Counted from the stretch's first letter, positions 1-10,732 are shown. The stretch: 64,000 nt of DNA from Candidatus Poribacteria bacterium (GCA_965242965.1 OZ251518.1:2112001-2176000); one strand, 5' to 3'. A program made the numbers and translations. Notes: generated from the letters alone by a model not told the origin.

Positions 1-519
1 CATCAACACCGCCGCAAGCGTGAGAATCGGTTTGCCGACTACCGGGATTTTTGCGAGTGCGGCGATGCTGAGCGGTATCAACGCCAGAAAGCAGAAAATG
101 AAGATGAGTCCGATGAACGCGCCGAAAACGGTTTTCCAACGTGCAGTGACAAACTTCGCGGCATCCCCCACCGAAAAGAAGTAGTCGCCTCGGAGCTGCT
201 CAATCGTAATTTTAGAAGCAATCGTGCTTGCGAGAAAGAAGATGCCCGCGAAGCACACCACGCCTATCCACATTGCCACCCGCGTCGGGTTCGTCAGTCC
301 TTCGTCAAGGAAAGGCGTGACAGGGTTGAGGGCGTGTGCGCGCCAGAACGCTTGCACCGCATCCTGTCCTCCCTGAATAAACAGACTGATATATACTAAA
401 GTTTCGTAGAGCCCATAAGCGAGGACAATCCCGGCGAAATGGACAGCGATTTTTCGTCCGCTGAATCCGTAGCGGATAGTTCGGAAAATATCCCGATAGT
501 TAAAGTGGAGTTGTTCCAT
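1..519 (-). CDS. Integral membrane protein, partial (runs off window start)
   Basis: Manual translation from ATG at 519: MEQLHFNYRDIFRTIRYGFSGRKIAVHFAGIVLAYGLY..., several hydrophobic helices, open to position 1; consensus promoter upstream. Confidence 0.75.
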   Translation of the reverse strand, partial: MEQLHFNYRDIFRTIRYGFSGRKIAVHFAGIVLAYGLYETLVYISLFIQGGQDAVQAFWRAHALNPVTPFLDEGLTNPTRVAMWIGVVCFAGIFFLASTIASKITIEQLRGDYFFSVGDAAKFVTARWKTVFGAFIGLIFIFCFLALIPLSIAALAKIPVVGKPILTLAAVLM

Positions 520-571
520 GAGTTTCGTCTTTTTCGTCGTCTTTTTTCTCATCGTGCAGAATGCTGCTTTA

Positions 572-600
572 ATTATACCACAATTTACAATATCTGTCAA
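572..600 (-). promoter_or_regulatory. Sigma70-type promoter TTGACA-17-TATAAT (extended -10 TG)
   Basis: Reverse complement reads ttgacagatattgtaaattgtggtataat. Confidence 0.75.
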
Positions 601-702
601 ATTTTTCTCAGCACCGCTTTCGTTTTCGATTTTCAGTCTTCAATTGTCATCTATCCACCGCGATGCAAAGCGAATGGACAACTATAGAAATCTATTCTTC
701 CA

Positions 703-1124
703 TGTAGGCGAGACCTCCCGGTCTCGATGCGAGCGATGTCCCCGTAGGCGCGCCCTCCTGGTCTCGATGTTTCGTTCGTATCGGGACAAGGATGTCCCTC
801 CTACCGGAAGGCGGCGCGCCCTCCCGGTCTCGATGCAAGCGATGTTCCCGGTAGGAGAGACCTCCCGGTCTCGATGTGGTTCATATCGGGACAAGGATGT
901 CCCGCCTACCGGAAGGCACCGGGCCCACCGCTGTAGTTCGGGAGCGCCCGCTCCCGAACGGGTCAGGAGCAGGCGAGCTCGAACTACAGGGGTGACGCGG
1001 TCTGCCAGCAAGATGCATGGCGAGGAACAGGTTTTCCCACCGCCCTACGGTAAAGGGAGGCGTTTTTTTCACCGTATCGCGGAGGCCTGTCACCGCGCCG
1101 TTGCGTGATTTATGAAACACCTTC
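703..1124. repeat. REP-like hairpin cluster ending in one MITE terminus
   Basis: GTAGGAGAGACCTCCCGGTCTCGAT, ATCGGGACAAGGATGTCCCTCCTAC and GTAGTTCGGGAGCGCCCGCTCCCGAAC units; ends GATTTATGAAACACCTTC. Confidence 0.9.
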
Positions 1125-1145
1125 AATTTTAATTTGATTTTTAAT

Positions 1146-1174
1146 TTGACATTCGGTTAATTTTGTGGTATAAT
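1146..1174 (+). promoter_or_regulatory. Perfect sigma70 promoter for tRNA-Pro/hom
   Basis: TTGACA 1146-1151, 17 bp spacer, TATAAT 1169-1174. Confidence 0.85.
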
Positions 1175-1196
1175 TAAAGATAAACCGATTTGTAAA

Positions 1197-1270
1197 CGGG
1201 GCGTGGCGCAGCCCGGAAGCGCGCTTGAATGGGGTTCAAGAGGTCGCTGGTTCGAATCCAGTCGCCCCGA
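1197..1270 (+). tRNA. tRNA-Pro(GGG), CCA not encoded
   Basis: CGGGGCG/CGCCCCG acceptor stem, anticodon arm CTTGA-ATGGGGT-TCAAG, T-loop GGTTCGAATCC. Confidence 0.97.
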
Positions 1271-1396
1271 TTTCTAACGTTTGCATGTCTCAGAAATTCC
1301 GGTGCAGCATGATGTCTTAAGACTGGCGCAGAACGCATGCCTACGGGCACGTGTAGGTTTTGCGTCCGTATAGGAGCGGTTGTGGATAAACCTTGT

Positions 1397-2707
1397 ATGA
1401 TTAATGTAGGCATTTTAGGGTGGGGCACTGTCGGCACGGGTGTCTCCAAAATCCTCGTGAACCAGAATGCGCTCATCGCGAAAAATAGCGGTACGCAATT
1501 ATGCCTGAAAAAAATCGTGAAACGGACGCTCCCCGCCTCGCGGCCAGGGGTGACGCTGCCCGCGGACTGTTTAACGACAGACCCGAGTGAGGTAGTGGAT
1601 AATCCGGATATCGCCATCGTCGTGGAGCTTATCGGCGGTGTTTCCGAGTCGCGCGCGCTCATCAGCCGCGCGCTGCAAAACGGGAAGCATGTCGTCACGG
1701 CGAATAAGGCACTCTTAGCGGAACACGGTGAAGAACTGTTTCAACTCGCTGCGCAAAATCAGGTGAGCCTCAATTTTGAAGCGAGCACAGCGGGGGGCAT
1801 TCCGATTATCAAAACGCTGCAAGAAAGCTTCGCCGGCAACCAGATCCGTTCGCTTTACGGTATCGTCAACGGCACGTGTAACTACATACTGAGCGAAATG
1901 CACGAGCGCGCGGTAGACTTCGCCGATGTGCTGAAGGCGGCGCAAGACAAAGGCTACGCCGAGGCAGATCCGACGCTTGACGTTGAGGGAATTGATGCGG
2001 CGCAGAAACTGATTCTGCTCATCGCGCTCGCCTATCGGAGCAATATCTCGTTGGAGCATCTCCACGTTGAGGGCATCACGGGCATTACGCAGAAAGAGAT
2101 TCAGTATGCGCGTGAGCTTGGCTACGTCATCAAACTTATCGCCATTGCGAAGTTAATCGATGGGAATCGCGTCGAGGCGCGCGTGCATCCGACGCTCCTG
2201 CCAGAACGGAGTCTCTTGGCGAACGTCGGCGGCGCGTTCAATGCAGTTTGTGTCATCGGCGATGCAGTCGGCCCGACGCTCTTCTACGGACAAGGTGCCG
2301 GCGAGATGCCGACTGCCAGCGCGGTTGTCGCCGATATTATTGACGCGGCGAAATCGGTGCAACAGGGTGTCAGCTCGCCGCTTTCTCAAGCGTGGGTTGC
2401 CGATGCACAGCCGGAAGTCTCTGTCTGTCCGATTGACGACATTGAGACGCGATACTACCTCCGTTTTGTCGTGGCAGACCGGCCGGGTGTCTTAGCAAAA
2501 ATCGGCACTATCTTGGGGAATTGCGACATCAGCATCGCTTCTGTCATCCAGAAGGAACCGCACGGCATTGATACCGTGTCCCTCGTGATGTTGACGCACA
2601 CGGCGCGGGAAAAAAATATGAAAGCCGCGCTGGCGCAGATTTACACGCTTGAGGACGTTGAAGGCAACGCGCACCTCATCAGGATTGAAGAAGAAGTCGC
2701 GTTTTGA
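1397..2707 (+). CDS. hom: Homoserine dehydrogenase with C-terminal ACT domain
   Basis: GWGTVG, VVTANKA, FEASTAGGIP, GYAEADPTLDVEG, DRPGVLAKI. Confidence 0.96.
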   Translation: MINVGILGWGTVGTGVSKILVNQNALIAKNSGTQLCLKKIVKRTLPASRPGVTLPADCLTTDPSEVVDNPDIAIVVELIGGVSESRALISRALQNGKHVVTANKALLAEHGEELFQLAAQNQVSLNFEASTAGGIPIIKTLQESFAGNQIRSLYGIVNGTCNYILSEMHERAVDFADVLKAAQDKGYAEADPTLDVEGIDAAQKLILLIALAYRSNISLEHLHVEGITGITQKEIQYARELGYVIKLIAIAKLIDGNRVEARVHPTLLPERSLLANVGGAFNAVCVIGDAVGPTLFYGQGAGEMPTASAVVADIIDAAKSVQQGVSSPLSQAWVADAQPEVSVCPIDDIETRYYLRFVVADRPGVLAKIGTILGNCDISIASVIQKEPHGIDTVSLVMLTHTAREKNMKAALAQIYTLEDVEGNAHLIRIEEEVAF

Positions 2708-2728
2708 GCAATCGGAGACGCAAGGCAA

Positions 2729-3286
2729 ATGAGAGACACGTTAGTATTTGACGTTAAGGAGCTGCAACACGAGGATGTCAAAGTTTACAAAGCACTCGTG
2801 CCGTGCGAAGCACTCGAACTTGCCTTTGACGACGCGCAATTTAGTCGTCCTATTGCATGCGCAGTTCAGCTGCATCGGCAAGAGCACGCCAACTTCTACG
2901 TGACAGCAGACGTATCCTCGGCGATTTCAGTGCAATGCCGGCGATGCCTCAATCCGTTCGAGGTTGCGGCGGCTACCGAACTCGGCGTGCTATTCTGCCT
3001 CGGCGAAGAACCGAAAGATGCCGCCTTCAGTGATGAACGTTACTACGACGGCGACACGCTGGATTTGTCTGAAGAGGTGCGGCAGGCACTCTTGCTTGAA
3101 GTCCCGATTTGGCCCCTGTGTGACAGCGACTGCCAAGGGCTATGTGCTCAGTGTGGGGCAGACCTGAACGAAAGAACTTGTGACTGCGAGATGGCAGAAG
3201 AACTGCCGGCCGCGGCGGCGCGGAACCCGTTTTCTGTCCTCGCACAGATGCTACCGGATACCGACGCGGCATCCAATAAAGATTAA
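2729..3286 (+). CDS. yceD: DUF177/YceD family protein
   Basis: CRRCL and PLCDSDCQGLCAQCG motifs; directly upstream of rpmF. Confidence 0.9.
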   Translation: MRDTLVFDVKELQHEDVKVYKALVPCEALELAFDDAQFSRPIACAVQLHRQEHANFYVTADVSSAISVQCRRCLNPFEVAAATELGVLFCLGEEPKDAAFSDERYYDGDTLDLSEEVRQALLLEVPIWPLCDSDCQGLCAQCGADLNERTCDCEMAEELPAAAARNPFSVLAQMLPDTDAASNKD

Positions 3287-3342
3287 CCGGCAGGACAGAA
3301 TTTATGTCAAGTCTGTGCTGCTAACTGTCAGGAGGAACTCTC

Positions 3343-3528
3343 ATGGCGCACCCCAAACGGAGAACGTCACGTTCCAAGAAAAAAATGCGGAGAAGCCACC
3401 ACGCGCTTTCCGAGAAAACTGTCATCGTTTGTTCATACTGTGGAGAAATGATGATTTCCCATCGTGTGTGTCCCGAGTGTGGCTATTACAACGGGATACC
3501 CGTGCTAAAATCCGCTGAAGATGACTAA
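3343..3528 (+). CDS. rpmF: 50S ribosomal protein L32
   Basis: MAHPKRRTSRS, CSYCG...HRVCPECGYY. Confidence 0.98.
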   Translation: MAHPKRRTSRSKKKMRRSHHALSEKTVIVCSYCGEMMISHRVCPECGYYNGIPVLKSAEDD

Positions 3529-3598
3529 CCCCGGTTCGGAGTTAGGCGACGCGCAATGCACACTTCGCCCAACTCGCCGGCCTGGAAACTACGAATTC

Positions 3599-4600
3599 AT
3601 GGCCACACAAAGAACGCGATACGCAACAATTACTGGCACGGGTGCCTACCTTCCTGAAAAGGTCATCACTAATGCAGACCTCGAGAAGATGGTGGATACC
3701 AGTGACGAGTGGATTCGTCAGCGCACGGGCATCGTGGAGCGACGCATCGCTGATGACGATACCGCCACTTCTGACCTCAGTATCCGCGCCGCGCGCCGTG
3801 CAATCGAGCACGCGCAAATCGATCCGGTTGACATTGAGATGATCCTCGTTGCTACCGTAACACCCGACTCCTTTTTCCCTTCAACCGCGTGCTACGTCCA
3901 AAAAGGCATCGGGGCGAAAAACGCTTCGGCCATGGATGTGTCCGCCGCCTGCGCTGGGTTCCTCTATGGACTTGACTTGGCGGACGGCTTGATTAAATCG
4001 GGACGTTATGATACTATTCTTGTCGTCGGCGGTGAAGTTTTCAATAACATCATCAATTGGAAGGATAGAAGCACGTGCGTGCTTTTCGGCGATGGCGCGG
4101 GCGCGGCGGTTGTTCAAGCTACCGAAGAACCGAAGGGCATCCTCGCCTCTTACATCGGTTCCGATGGGGATTATGCCGATATTAACCTACTCGGCATCCC
4201 GGCGGGTGGTTCACGGATGCCGTTGACACCTGAAGGCATCGAGCGGAAGTTGGACAAGATCCAGATGAACGGCAGGGAAGTCTTCAAACTCGGGGTGCGG
4301 CTCATGCCGGAAGCGGCGCAACGCGTGCTGCGGAAAGCGAACGTCAGCGTGGAGGATATCGACTTGCTGATACCGCATCAAGCGAACCTGCGTATCATTG
4401 AAGCAGTTGGTGACAGACTCGGCGTGCCGCGCGAGAAGGTGTATGTCAACGTTGACAAATACGGCAACACCTCCGCGGCGACGGTTATCATCGCATTGGA
4501 CGAAGCAATTCGCGAGGGATGCGCGAAACCGGGCGATCTGGTCCTGCTCGTAACCTTTGGGGCAGGTGTGACATGGGGCAGCACACTCCTGCAGTTGTAA
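3599..4600 (+). CDS. fabH: 3-oxoacyl-ACP synthase III
   Basis: AACAGF, PHQAN, YGNTSAA, FGAG. Confidence 0.97.
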   Translation: MATQRTRYATITGTGAYLPEKVITNADLEKMVDTSDEWIRQRTGIVERRIADDDTATSDLSIRAARRAIEHAQIDPVDIEMILVATVTPDSFFPSTACYVQKGIGAKNASAMDVSAACAGFLYGLDLADGLIKSGRYDTILVVGGEVFNNIINWKDRSTCVLFGDGAGAAVVQATEEPKGILASYIGSDGDYADINLLGIPAGGSRMPLTPEGIERKLDKIQMNGREVFKLGVRLMPEAAQRVLRKANVSVEDIDLLIPHQANLRIIEAVGDRLGVPREKVYVNVDKYGNTSAATVIIALDEAIREGCAKPGDLVLLVTFGAGVTWGSTLLQL

Positions 4601-4607
4601 AGAAAAC

Positions 4608-5564
4608 ATGACGCAAATCGCCTTTATTTTTCCAGGGCAAGGTTCACAACAAGTAGGCATGGGCGCGGAACTCGCGCGAGAATACCCGATTGCCCGCGCC
4701 GTTTTCAATGAAGCAGATGCTGCAGATGCTGCAGTAAGCGCAACCTCCCGGACGCGAAAACTCAGCACCCTCTGCTTCCAAGGCCCAGCGGAAGCGTTAA
4801 AGCAGACAGAAAATACGCAACTTGCGATGTTGACATGCAGCGTCGCCGCGTTGCGCGTCCTGAATCACCTTGACGTTGTGCCCAAGGCAGTCGCAGGACA
4901 TAGTTTAGGCGAGTATGCCGCCTTAGTCGCCGCTGGCACACTTGACTTTTCCGATGCCCTGACGTTAGTGCGCGCGCGGGCACAAGCGATGGCCGCCGCT
5001 GGCGAAAAGCAGCAAGGCACCATGGCCGCTATCCTCGGTATGGCAGCGGAACGCCTGCAGCAGTTGTGTCAGGAAACTGAAGGTATCGTCAACATCGCCA
5101 ACTACAACTGCCCCGGGCAATTGGTAATTTCAGGCGAGGTTGAGGCAGTGAATCGTGTTATGGCACTCGCCGGTGCCGAGATTGGCGCGAGACGGTGTCG
5201 TCCGCTGCCGGTGAGCGGCGCGTTTCATTCGCCGCTGATGGAACCCGCGCAACAGCAGTTCGGGACCGTGCTTAAAGGTGTAAAGCTGCATCCGCCGAAA
5301 CGAGATGTCGCGATGAACGTGACAGGCGAATTCGCAGCGGATGCCGGGGAAATCCAGCGGCTTCTGTATCAGCAGATAACGGCACCGGTGCAGTGGGAGA
5401 AATCGCTGCAGACGCTTGCAACCTCGGGCATCTCACATTTTGTGGAGGCTGGCCCGGGGAAAGTCTTGTGCGGTTTGGTGAATCGCACGCTGCACGGAAG
5501 TGTTGCAGTGAACGTTGAAGATGTGAAAAGCCTCGCGGATGCACTGCAAAAGATTCAGGAATAA
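4608..5564 (+). CDS. fabD: Malonyl-CoA:ACP transacylase
   Basis: FPGQGSQ, GHSLGEY, SGAFHS. Confidence 0.97.
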   Translation: MTQIAFIFPGQGSQQVGMGAELAREYPIARAVFNEADAADAAVSATSRTRKLSTLCFQGPAEALKQTENTQLAMLTCSVAALRVLNHLDVVPKAVAGHSLGEYAALVAAGTLDFSDALTLVRARAQAMAAAGEKQQGTMAAILGMAAERLQQLCQETEGIVNIANYNCPGQLVISGEVEAVNRVMALAGAEIGARRCRPLPVSGAFHSPLMEPAQQQFGTVLKGVKLHPPKRDVAMNVTGEFAADAGEIQRLLYQQITAPVQWEKSLQTLATSGISHFVEAGPGKVLCGLVNRTLHGSVAVNVEDVKSLADALQKIQE

Positions 5565-5570
5565 ACAAAA

Positions 5571-6308
5571 ATGTTGACAGGAAAAACCGCAATTGTGACA
5601 GGTGCCTCGCGCGGTATCGGTGCCGCCATCGCAAGCAAATTGTGTGAAGCCGGTGCGAACGTTGCCCTCTGCTCACGTTCCGCCGAAGCCGTCGCCGCCA
5701 CCGCCGACACCTTGAATAGCGAGGGATACACGGCTATCTCTACCGCCGCGGACATCTCCAAAAAGGGAGATGTAGAGGCACTTATCAAAACGGTGCTGGA
5801 CAGGTTTTCGCAAATCGATATTCTCGTAAACAACGCCGGTATCACCCGCGATACGCTGCTCATGCGCATGCAAGATGAGGATTGGGATGCAGTCCTGCAG
5901 ACGAACCTCACCGGCACGATGTATTGCACGCGTGCGGTGATGCGTCCGATGCTTCGCCAGAGAAGCGGCCGGATTATCAACATTTCGTCCGTTATTGGTG
6001 TCATGGGCAATCCCGGACAGGCGAGTTACGCCGCCGCGAAGGCGGGTATCATCGGGTTCACAAAGACTATCGCCCGAGAAGTAGGGGTGCGCGGGATTAC
6101 CGTTAACGCTATCGCCCCCGGCTTTATTACTACCGACATGACGGCGCAAATGCCGAAACAGAATCAGGAGCAACTGCGGGATTTGATTCCGTTGCGGCGT
6201 TTTGGTAGCCCCGAAGATGTGGCAGATGCTGTCCATTTTTTGGCATCTGATGCCGCACGTTATATCACCGGCCAAACCCTCCATGTGGACGGCGGCATGG
6301 TGATGTGA
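5571..6308 (+). CDS. fabG: 3-oxoacyl-ACP reductase
   Basis: TGASRGIG, NNAGITRD, YAAAK. Confidence 0.97.
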   Translation: MLTGKTAIVTGASRGIGAAIASKLCEAGANVALCSRSAEAVAATADTLNSEGYTAISTAADISKKGDVEALIKTVLDRFSQIDILVNNAGITRDTLLMRMQDEDWDAVLQTNLTGTMYCTRAVMRPMLRQRSGRIINISSVIGVMGNPGQASYAAAKAGIIGFTKTIAREVGVRGITVNAIAPGFITTDMTAQMPKQNQEQLRDLIPLRRFGSPEDVADAVHFLASDAARYITGQTLHVDGGMVM

Positions 6309-6418
6309 TTGAAGAATAATCCGTGGGCGTGCGTTGGAAGCGTGCCTACCGGAAAACAACGCGGGACCGCCCGGTCCCGACAGTATTCATAAATAAGAGA
6401 GGAGATTCATAACCGATT

Positions 6419-6652
6419 ATGGCAGCAAATCAGGAACGCCTTATTGAAATTATCGCGGAACAACTCGGTGCTGATAAGGCTAATGTCACCCCAGATGCTT
6501 CCTTTATGGCTGACCTCGGGGCAGACTCGCTTGACACCGTGGAGCTGGTGATGGCACTGGAAGAGGAATTCGATCTTGAAATTCCCGACAGCGAAGCCGA
6601 GAAAATCCAGACTGTTCAAGACGCACTCACTTATCTTGAGGAACATGTGTAG
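6419..6652 (+). CDS. acpP: Acyl carrier protein
   Basis: [19 protein letters not shown]. Confidence 0.98.
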   Translation: MAANQERLIEIIAEQLGADKANVTPDASFMADLGADSLDTVELVMALEEEFDLEIPDSEAEKIQTVQDALTYLEEHV

Positions 6653-6855
6653 TGCCCCGAAGGGGCATCGCCGCATGTTGGAACCCTCTGTGGGGAAGTC
6701 GTTTGATGTTAAGATGGACGCAAACCTTTTTGTCCGGGCCGCCGGATGCGTGCCGCGTCCGCTTAACGCTGAACCCCACATGAACCTAATGTCGTGTGGG
6801 AGCACCGGCTCCCGCACTCGCCTGCCAAAGCGCAGCTTTCCAAAGGATCCGGCTC

Positions 6856-8088
6856 GTGGAGCGTGTAGTTATTACAGGAATCGGCGTTGTCAACGCAATC
6901 GGCAACACGAAAAATGAATATTGGGATGCGCTTGCCTGCGGTAAAAACGGAATCGGCCCTTTAACCTATTTTGATGCCACCGATTATCGCACCCAGATAG
7001 CGGGCGAGGTGAAGAATTTCCAAGCGGCAGCGTATCTGGACAGGAAGGCGGCATCTCGGTTCCCGCTTTTTATTCAGTATGCACTCGTCGCCGCTATAAT
7101 GGCGCGCGAAGATGCCGGTTTGGAACTTGACACTCTCGATGCTTACCGTGCAGGTGTCCAAATCGGTTCTGGTGTCGGCGGCATCGGCGTGCTAGAGGAA
7201 AACGCCAAAATCCTCGTCGAGAGAGGCCCTAAGCGCGTCAGTCCTTTCCTCGTGCCGTATATGATTATCAACATGGCGGCGGGGCAAATCTCTATCCACT
7301 TTAACCTTAAGGGACCAAACTCCGCCTCGGTTACTGCCTGCGCGACAGCGAACCATTCAATAGGTGAATCGTTTCGCCTTATTCAGCAGGGACATGCCGA
7401 TGTGATGTTCACCGGTGGCACGGAGTCAGCGATTACGCCTTTGTCGTTCGCGGGCTTCTGTTCGATGCGCGCGATGTCCGCGCGTAACCATGAACCGGAA
7501 CGCGCCTCGCGCCCGTTCAACAAGGACAGGGATGGATTCGTCATGGGCGATGGCGCGGGCATCCTTATTCTTGAATCGCTGACGCATGCCAAAAAGCGTG
7601 GTGCGCATATCTATGCCGAAGTCGTGGGCTTCGGGATGACCTCGGATGCTCACGACATGGTGAGTCCGCCGGAAAACGGCGAAGGTGCGGCGAAGGCGAT
7701 GGAATTCGCACTGCGAGATGCGCAGCTCTCGGTAGATGCGGTTGACTATATCAACGCGCACGGGACTTCTACCCCTATCGGCGACATCGCGGAGACGAAC
7801 GCCATCAAAACGCTTTTCGGCGCGCGCGCTTACGAGATTCCCATCAGTTCAACGAAATCGATGGTGGGGCATTTGCTTGGCGCGGCGGGAGCGGTAGAGC
7901 TCATCGCCTGCTTAGGTGGCATGGCGCGCGGCTTCCTGCCGCCAACCATCAACTACGAGGTGCCAGATGAAGCGTGCGACCTGGACTATGTCCCGAATGA
8001 GAGTCGCGAGGGAAAGATAAACGTAGTGCTTTCCAACGCGTTCGGCTTCGGCGGACACAATACCTCCATTGCCATTCGCAAATTGTAA
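6856..8088 (+). CDS. fabF: 3-oxoacyl-ACP synthase II (probable GTG start)
   Basis: [33 protein letters not shown]. Confidence 0.96.
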   Translation: MERVVITGIGVVNAIGNTKNEYWDALACGKNGIGPLTYFDATDYRTQIAGEVKNFQAAAYLDRKAASRFPLFIQYALVAAIMAREDAGLELDTLDAYRAGVQIGSGVGGIGVLEENAKILVERGPKRVSPFLVPYMIINMAAGQISIHFNLKGPNSASVTACATANHSIGESFRLIQQGHADVMFTGGTESAITPLSFAGFCSMRAMSARNHEPERASRPFNKDRDGFVMGDGAGILILESLTHAKKRGAHIYAEVVGFGMTSDAHDMVSPPENGEGAAKAMEFALRDAQLSVDAVDYINAHGTSTPIGDIAETNAIKTLFGARAYEIPISSTKSMVGHLLGAAGAVELIACLGGMARGFLPPTINYEVPDEACDLDYVPNESREGKINVVLSNAFGFGGHNTSIAIRKL

Positions 8089-8094
8089 AAACGG

Positions 8095-8244
8095 GGCTGT
8101 CGTCCCTATCCGGTAGAAAGCGAGGGACAGGCCCTCGCACTACGGTGGGAGAGAAGCAGTAGGAGAGACCTCCTGGTCTCGATGGCTGTCGTCCCTATCC
8201 GGTAGAGAGCGAGGGACAGGCCCTCGCACTACGGTGGGAGAGAA
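8095..8244. repeat. REP cluster with ~60-bp direct duplication
   Basis: ggctgtcgtccctatccggtaga(a/g)agcgagggacaggccctcgcactacggtgggagagaa occurs twice around a GTAGGAGAGACC unit. Confidence 0.85.
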
Positions 8245-8313
8245 TCTGTTTTACGCATGGCGATGCTCGCGCTTTTGCACGAGGCGAAACCATGCGGTTC
8301 AGCGGAGAAAGAC

Positions 8314-8859
8314 GTGATTGCACAGGAATACTTATCGGATGCTTCGCGCCAATACAAAGAACTCGCGTATATCGGCTTCGGCAGCAACATCGGTGACAGA
8401 CATGTCTATATCCGCAATGCCCTCCACCGTCTCGCCGCAGTGGAGGGTATCATTTTACAAAAGGTCTCCTCCCTCTACGAAACCGCCCCGGTCGGCTATG
8501 AAGAGCAGGGGCAATTTCTCAACGGAGTCGCCGAAATTCAAACAAGTCTCTCCCCGCGCAGTCTGTTGCACATCTTGAAAGCAATCGAGAGGCAGATAGG
8601 CAGACAACACCGCGTCCGCTGGGGTCCTCGCGAAATCGACTTGGATTTGCTAATCTACGGCGATGTCTGTCTGCGCGAGGATGGGCTTATCGTCCCACAT
8701 CCGGAGATGCATCGTCGTCAATTTGTGCTGGTCCCTTTTGCGGAGATTGCATCGGAGGTTGTGCATCCGGTGTTGGGGGAGAGTATTGGGGGGTTGCTGG
8801 AGAACATTGAGGGTTGTGCGGGTGTTCGGAAAAGCGCGGATCCTTTCCAAACACCCTGA
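8314..8859 (+). CDS. folK: 2-amino-4-hydroxy-6-hydroxymethyldihydropteridine diphosphokinase (start uncertain)
   Basis: [31 protein letters not shown]. Confidence 0.95.
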   Translation: MIAQEYLSDASRQYKELAYIGFGSNIGDRHVYIRNALHRLAAVEGIILQKVSSLYETAPVGYEEQGQFLNGVAEIQTSLSPRSLLHILKAIERQIGRQHRVRWGPREIDLDLLIYGDVCLREDGLIVPHPEMHRRQFVLVPFAEIASEVVHPVLGESIGGLLENIEGCAGVRKSADPFQTP

Positions 8860-8895
8860 ATGCAAACCCTTTTAAATCCTGGCTCCCCTCGCTCT

Positions 8896-9339
8896 CTACC
8901 AAGATCGTTTCTCAACGAAACCTATCTTGATATAGAGTTTTTTGTGCATGACGATAGCACTGGACTCCCCGCCCTTCCTGATCGGTTCCCGATAACGAGA
9001 ATCGTCGAGCATCTCGGCCGGGCGAGGATAAGCGTCTTCAGGAAGACGATACACATGAATTTCTCCAGCATCGTAGTCGTACCCGAACACATCCTTTATG
9101 TTGTAATGGATGTTCTCTGCAATTGCCCATGCTTCGTGTGCAGAAATGCGACGTTGGAATTTCTCCGGGCCGTGGTAAGGTGGATATTCCACCGACACCT
9201 CAAACCAAGGCGGGTCGCTCTTGACTAAAACAAGGTCGAAATCACTTGCTGCATTTACAGCCGAAACAAGAGATTTCACGTATAAGGCCGGTTGATTTTT
9301 GCCAATGGCCTCCTGCGCCTCTTTCATTGTTTTTGACAT
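8896..9339 (-). CDS. Hypothetical protein
   Basis: 147-aa ORF with GAGGA RBS before MSKTMKE; no recognised motif. Confidence 0.6.
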   Translation of the reverse strand: MSKTMKEAQEAIGKNQPALYVKSLVSAVNAASDFDLVLVKSDPPWFEVSVEYPPYHGPEKFQRRISAHEAWAIAENIHYNIKDVFGYDYDAGEIHVYRLPEDAYPRPAEMLDDSRYREPIRKGGESSAIVMHKKLYIKIGFVEKRSW

Positions 9340-9534
9340 TATATTGTCCTCTGTTATGATACCGCTAGTATGCAAACGCCGCAATGCCTGAGGGTATCGG
9401 TTTGACGGTTGGTGCAGGCCGATTTCAAGCGACGTTAAGGCCTGTTAAACGAATTCCCTTTTCAGAAAGCATGCGCGCCCGACGAGGGTAAGAACGGATT
9501 TCTCTACTGCCCGTATTGATTTCCGCGTGGACGG

Positions 9535-10545
9535 TTATTCGTCCTCTAGCAGCTCATCCAACATTTTGGAAATCTGCCCCCGCCGTGCTTCTTGCATCTC
9601 TAATGTCTTTCTTTCGTAGGCGAGCAAACTTAGCACCTGACGGATCAGGAAGGCGTTTTTCTCACCCGGTTCGTTAGGGATGCGAGATTCCAACTCGTCA
9701 ATGCTTTTCTGTTGTGCCGCAGCTTGGTGTTCAAGTTTGTCAATAAGTCGACGCGCTCTTGTGACTGTTTCAGCACCCCATTTTTCCCTGACGGTGGTAT
9801 GAATCCAGTTTTCAAATTTGTCCCCGGAGACAGCGGTATTGAACCACTCTTTCGTTGACAGTTGGCTCAATTCCTTATTTAAGAATTCTTCGATTTCCCT
9901 ATCTTTGAGCGACTGGTCGTGGTGCTTACTGAGCCCGGCAACAAAAGTGTCGAATTCAGAATCTTTACGAGACAAAAATAGGTGAATCTTCACAGCGATG
10001 CTCCGATCTACCGAATTGGAGCAAGCCACCCTGAGCGTGAAAGGGTGTCCATATCCCGGATCAAACCTATAATCGGGCACCAGAAAACTAATCCACATAC
10101 GCGCACCGTACTTGGAGAGGCGCAACCTTGCGAGAAGAGACTCCAGATCGGTAGCATCTTCTTCACGACTTCCAAAGAGGCCTCCTAACAGCATGAGTGT
10201 GCTCTCCTCAGGAACCGCGTTTGTTCGCCTAGATTCGCTGACTACCCTTAACGCGTTCAACACATTGTCAATAACTTCGTGATGTTGAACAAGTTTATAA
10301 TTGTCATTTCTAACAGCAGCAACGGGTATGCGCAGGCTATTCTCGGGATTAACTTCATCCCCGACACCAACCTCGCCCAAGGGCTCGCGCGCGATGAGGT
10401 CTAGGTATTTGTTCACACCCGCTCCGATGCGAAAAGGCGAACTCGTGAAAGTCGGAATTTTCAGCCGAAGTTCGCTGATAGGTCCTTCGCTCTCTTCAAA
10501 TTCGCGTCCAAGCCATAGATTTCCGTCGGGCTTTTTGGATGTCAT
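9535..10545 (-). CDS. DUF932/DUF945-like phage/plasmid protein
   Basis: PVAAVRNDNYKLVQHHEVID, YGARMWISF and ACSNSVD resemble the DUF932 family; AAAGGAG RBS. Confidence 0.55.
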   Translation of the reverse strand: MTSKKPDGNLWLGREFEESEGPISELRLKIPTFTSSPFRIGAGVNKYLDLIAREPLGEVGVGDEVNPENSLRIPVAAVRNDNYKLVQHHEVIDNVLNALRVVSESRRTNAVPEESTLMLLGGLFGSREEDATDLESLLARLRLSKYGARMWISFLVPDYRFDPGYGHPFTLRVACSNSVDRSIAVKIHLFLSRKDSEFDTFVAGLSKHHDQSLKDREIEEFLNKELSQLSTKEWFNTAVSGDKFENWIHTTVREKWGAETVTRARRLIDKLEHQAAAQQKSIDELESRIPNEPGEKNAFLIRQVLSLLAYERKTLEMQEARRGQISKMLDELLEDE

Positions 10546-10703
10546 AATGTAACTCCTTTCATGGGATCGGGTTCAGAAACTCTTCAATTCCTAACGGTTT
10601 ATGGAACCGAGTTTCTGAAAAGTTACCCCAATTTGCGCACGTATAAAAACGTCGGCGTATACTACGCCCGGCTAGATGTGCTTCGATTTTCGGTGCATGC
10701 TTA

Positions 10704-10732
10704 ATTATACCACAAAATGCATCTGAAGTCAA
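10704..10732 (-). promoter_or_regulatory. Sigma70 promoter TTGACT-17-TATAAT for the DUF932-like gene
   Basis: Consensus hexamers with 17-bp spacing. Confidence 0.65.

Noticed and set aside
518-1108. 196-aa ORF and similar ORFs at 20039, 26020, 31567, 37771, 45169 and 61760
   Set aside because: Translations of REP clusters ([25 protein letters not shown]) with no independent coding evidence
1197-1270. tRNA-Pro as prophage or island attachment site
   Set aside because: No integrase and no duplicated tRNA 3' end seen in the window
1381-1389. Perfect DnaA box TGTGGATAA
   Set aside because: Single copy with no box cluster or dnaA context; not an origin
3529-3598. Absence of plsX between rpmF and fabH
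   Set aside because: Common gene-order variation; no remnant visible
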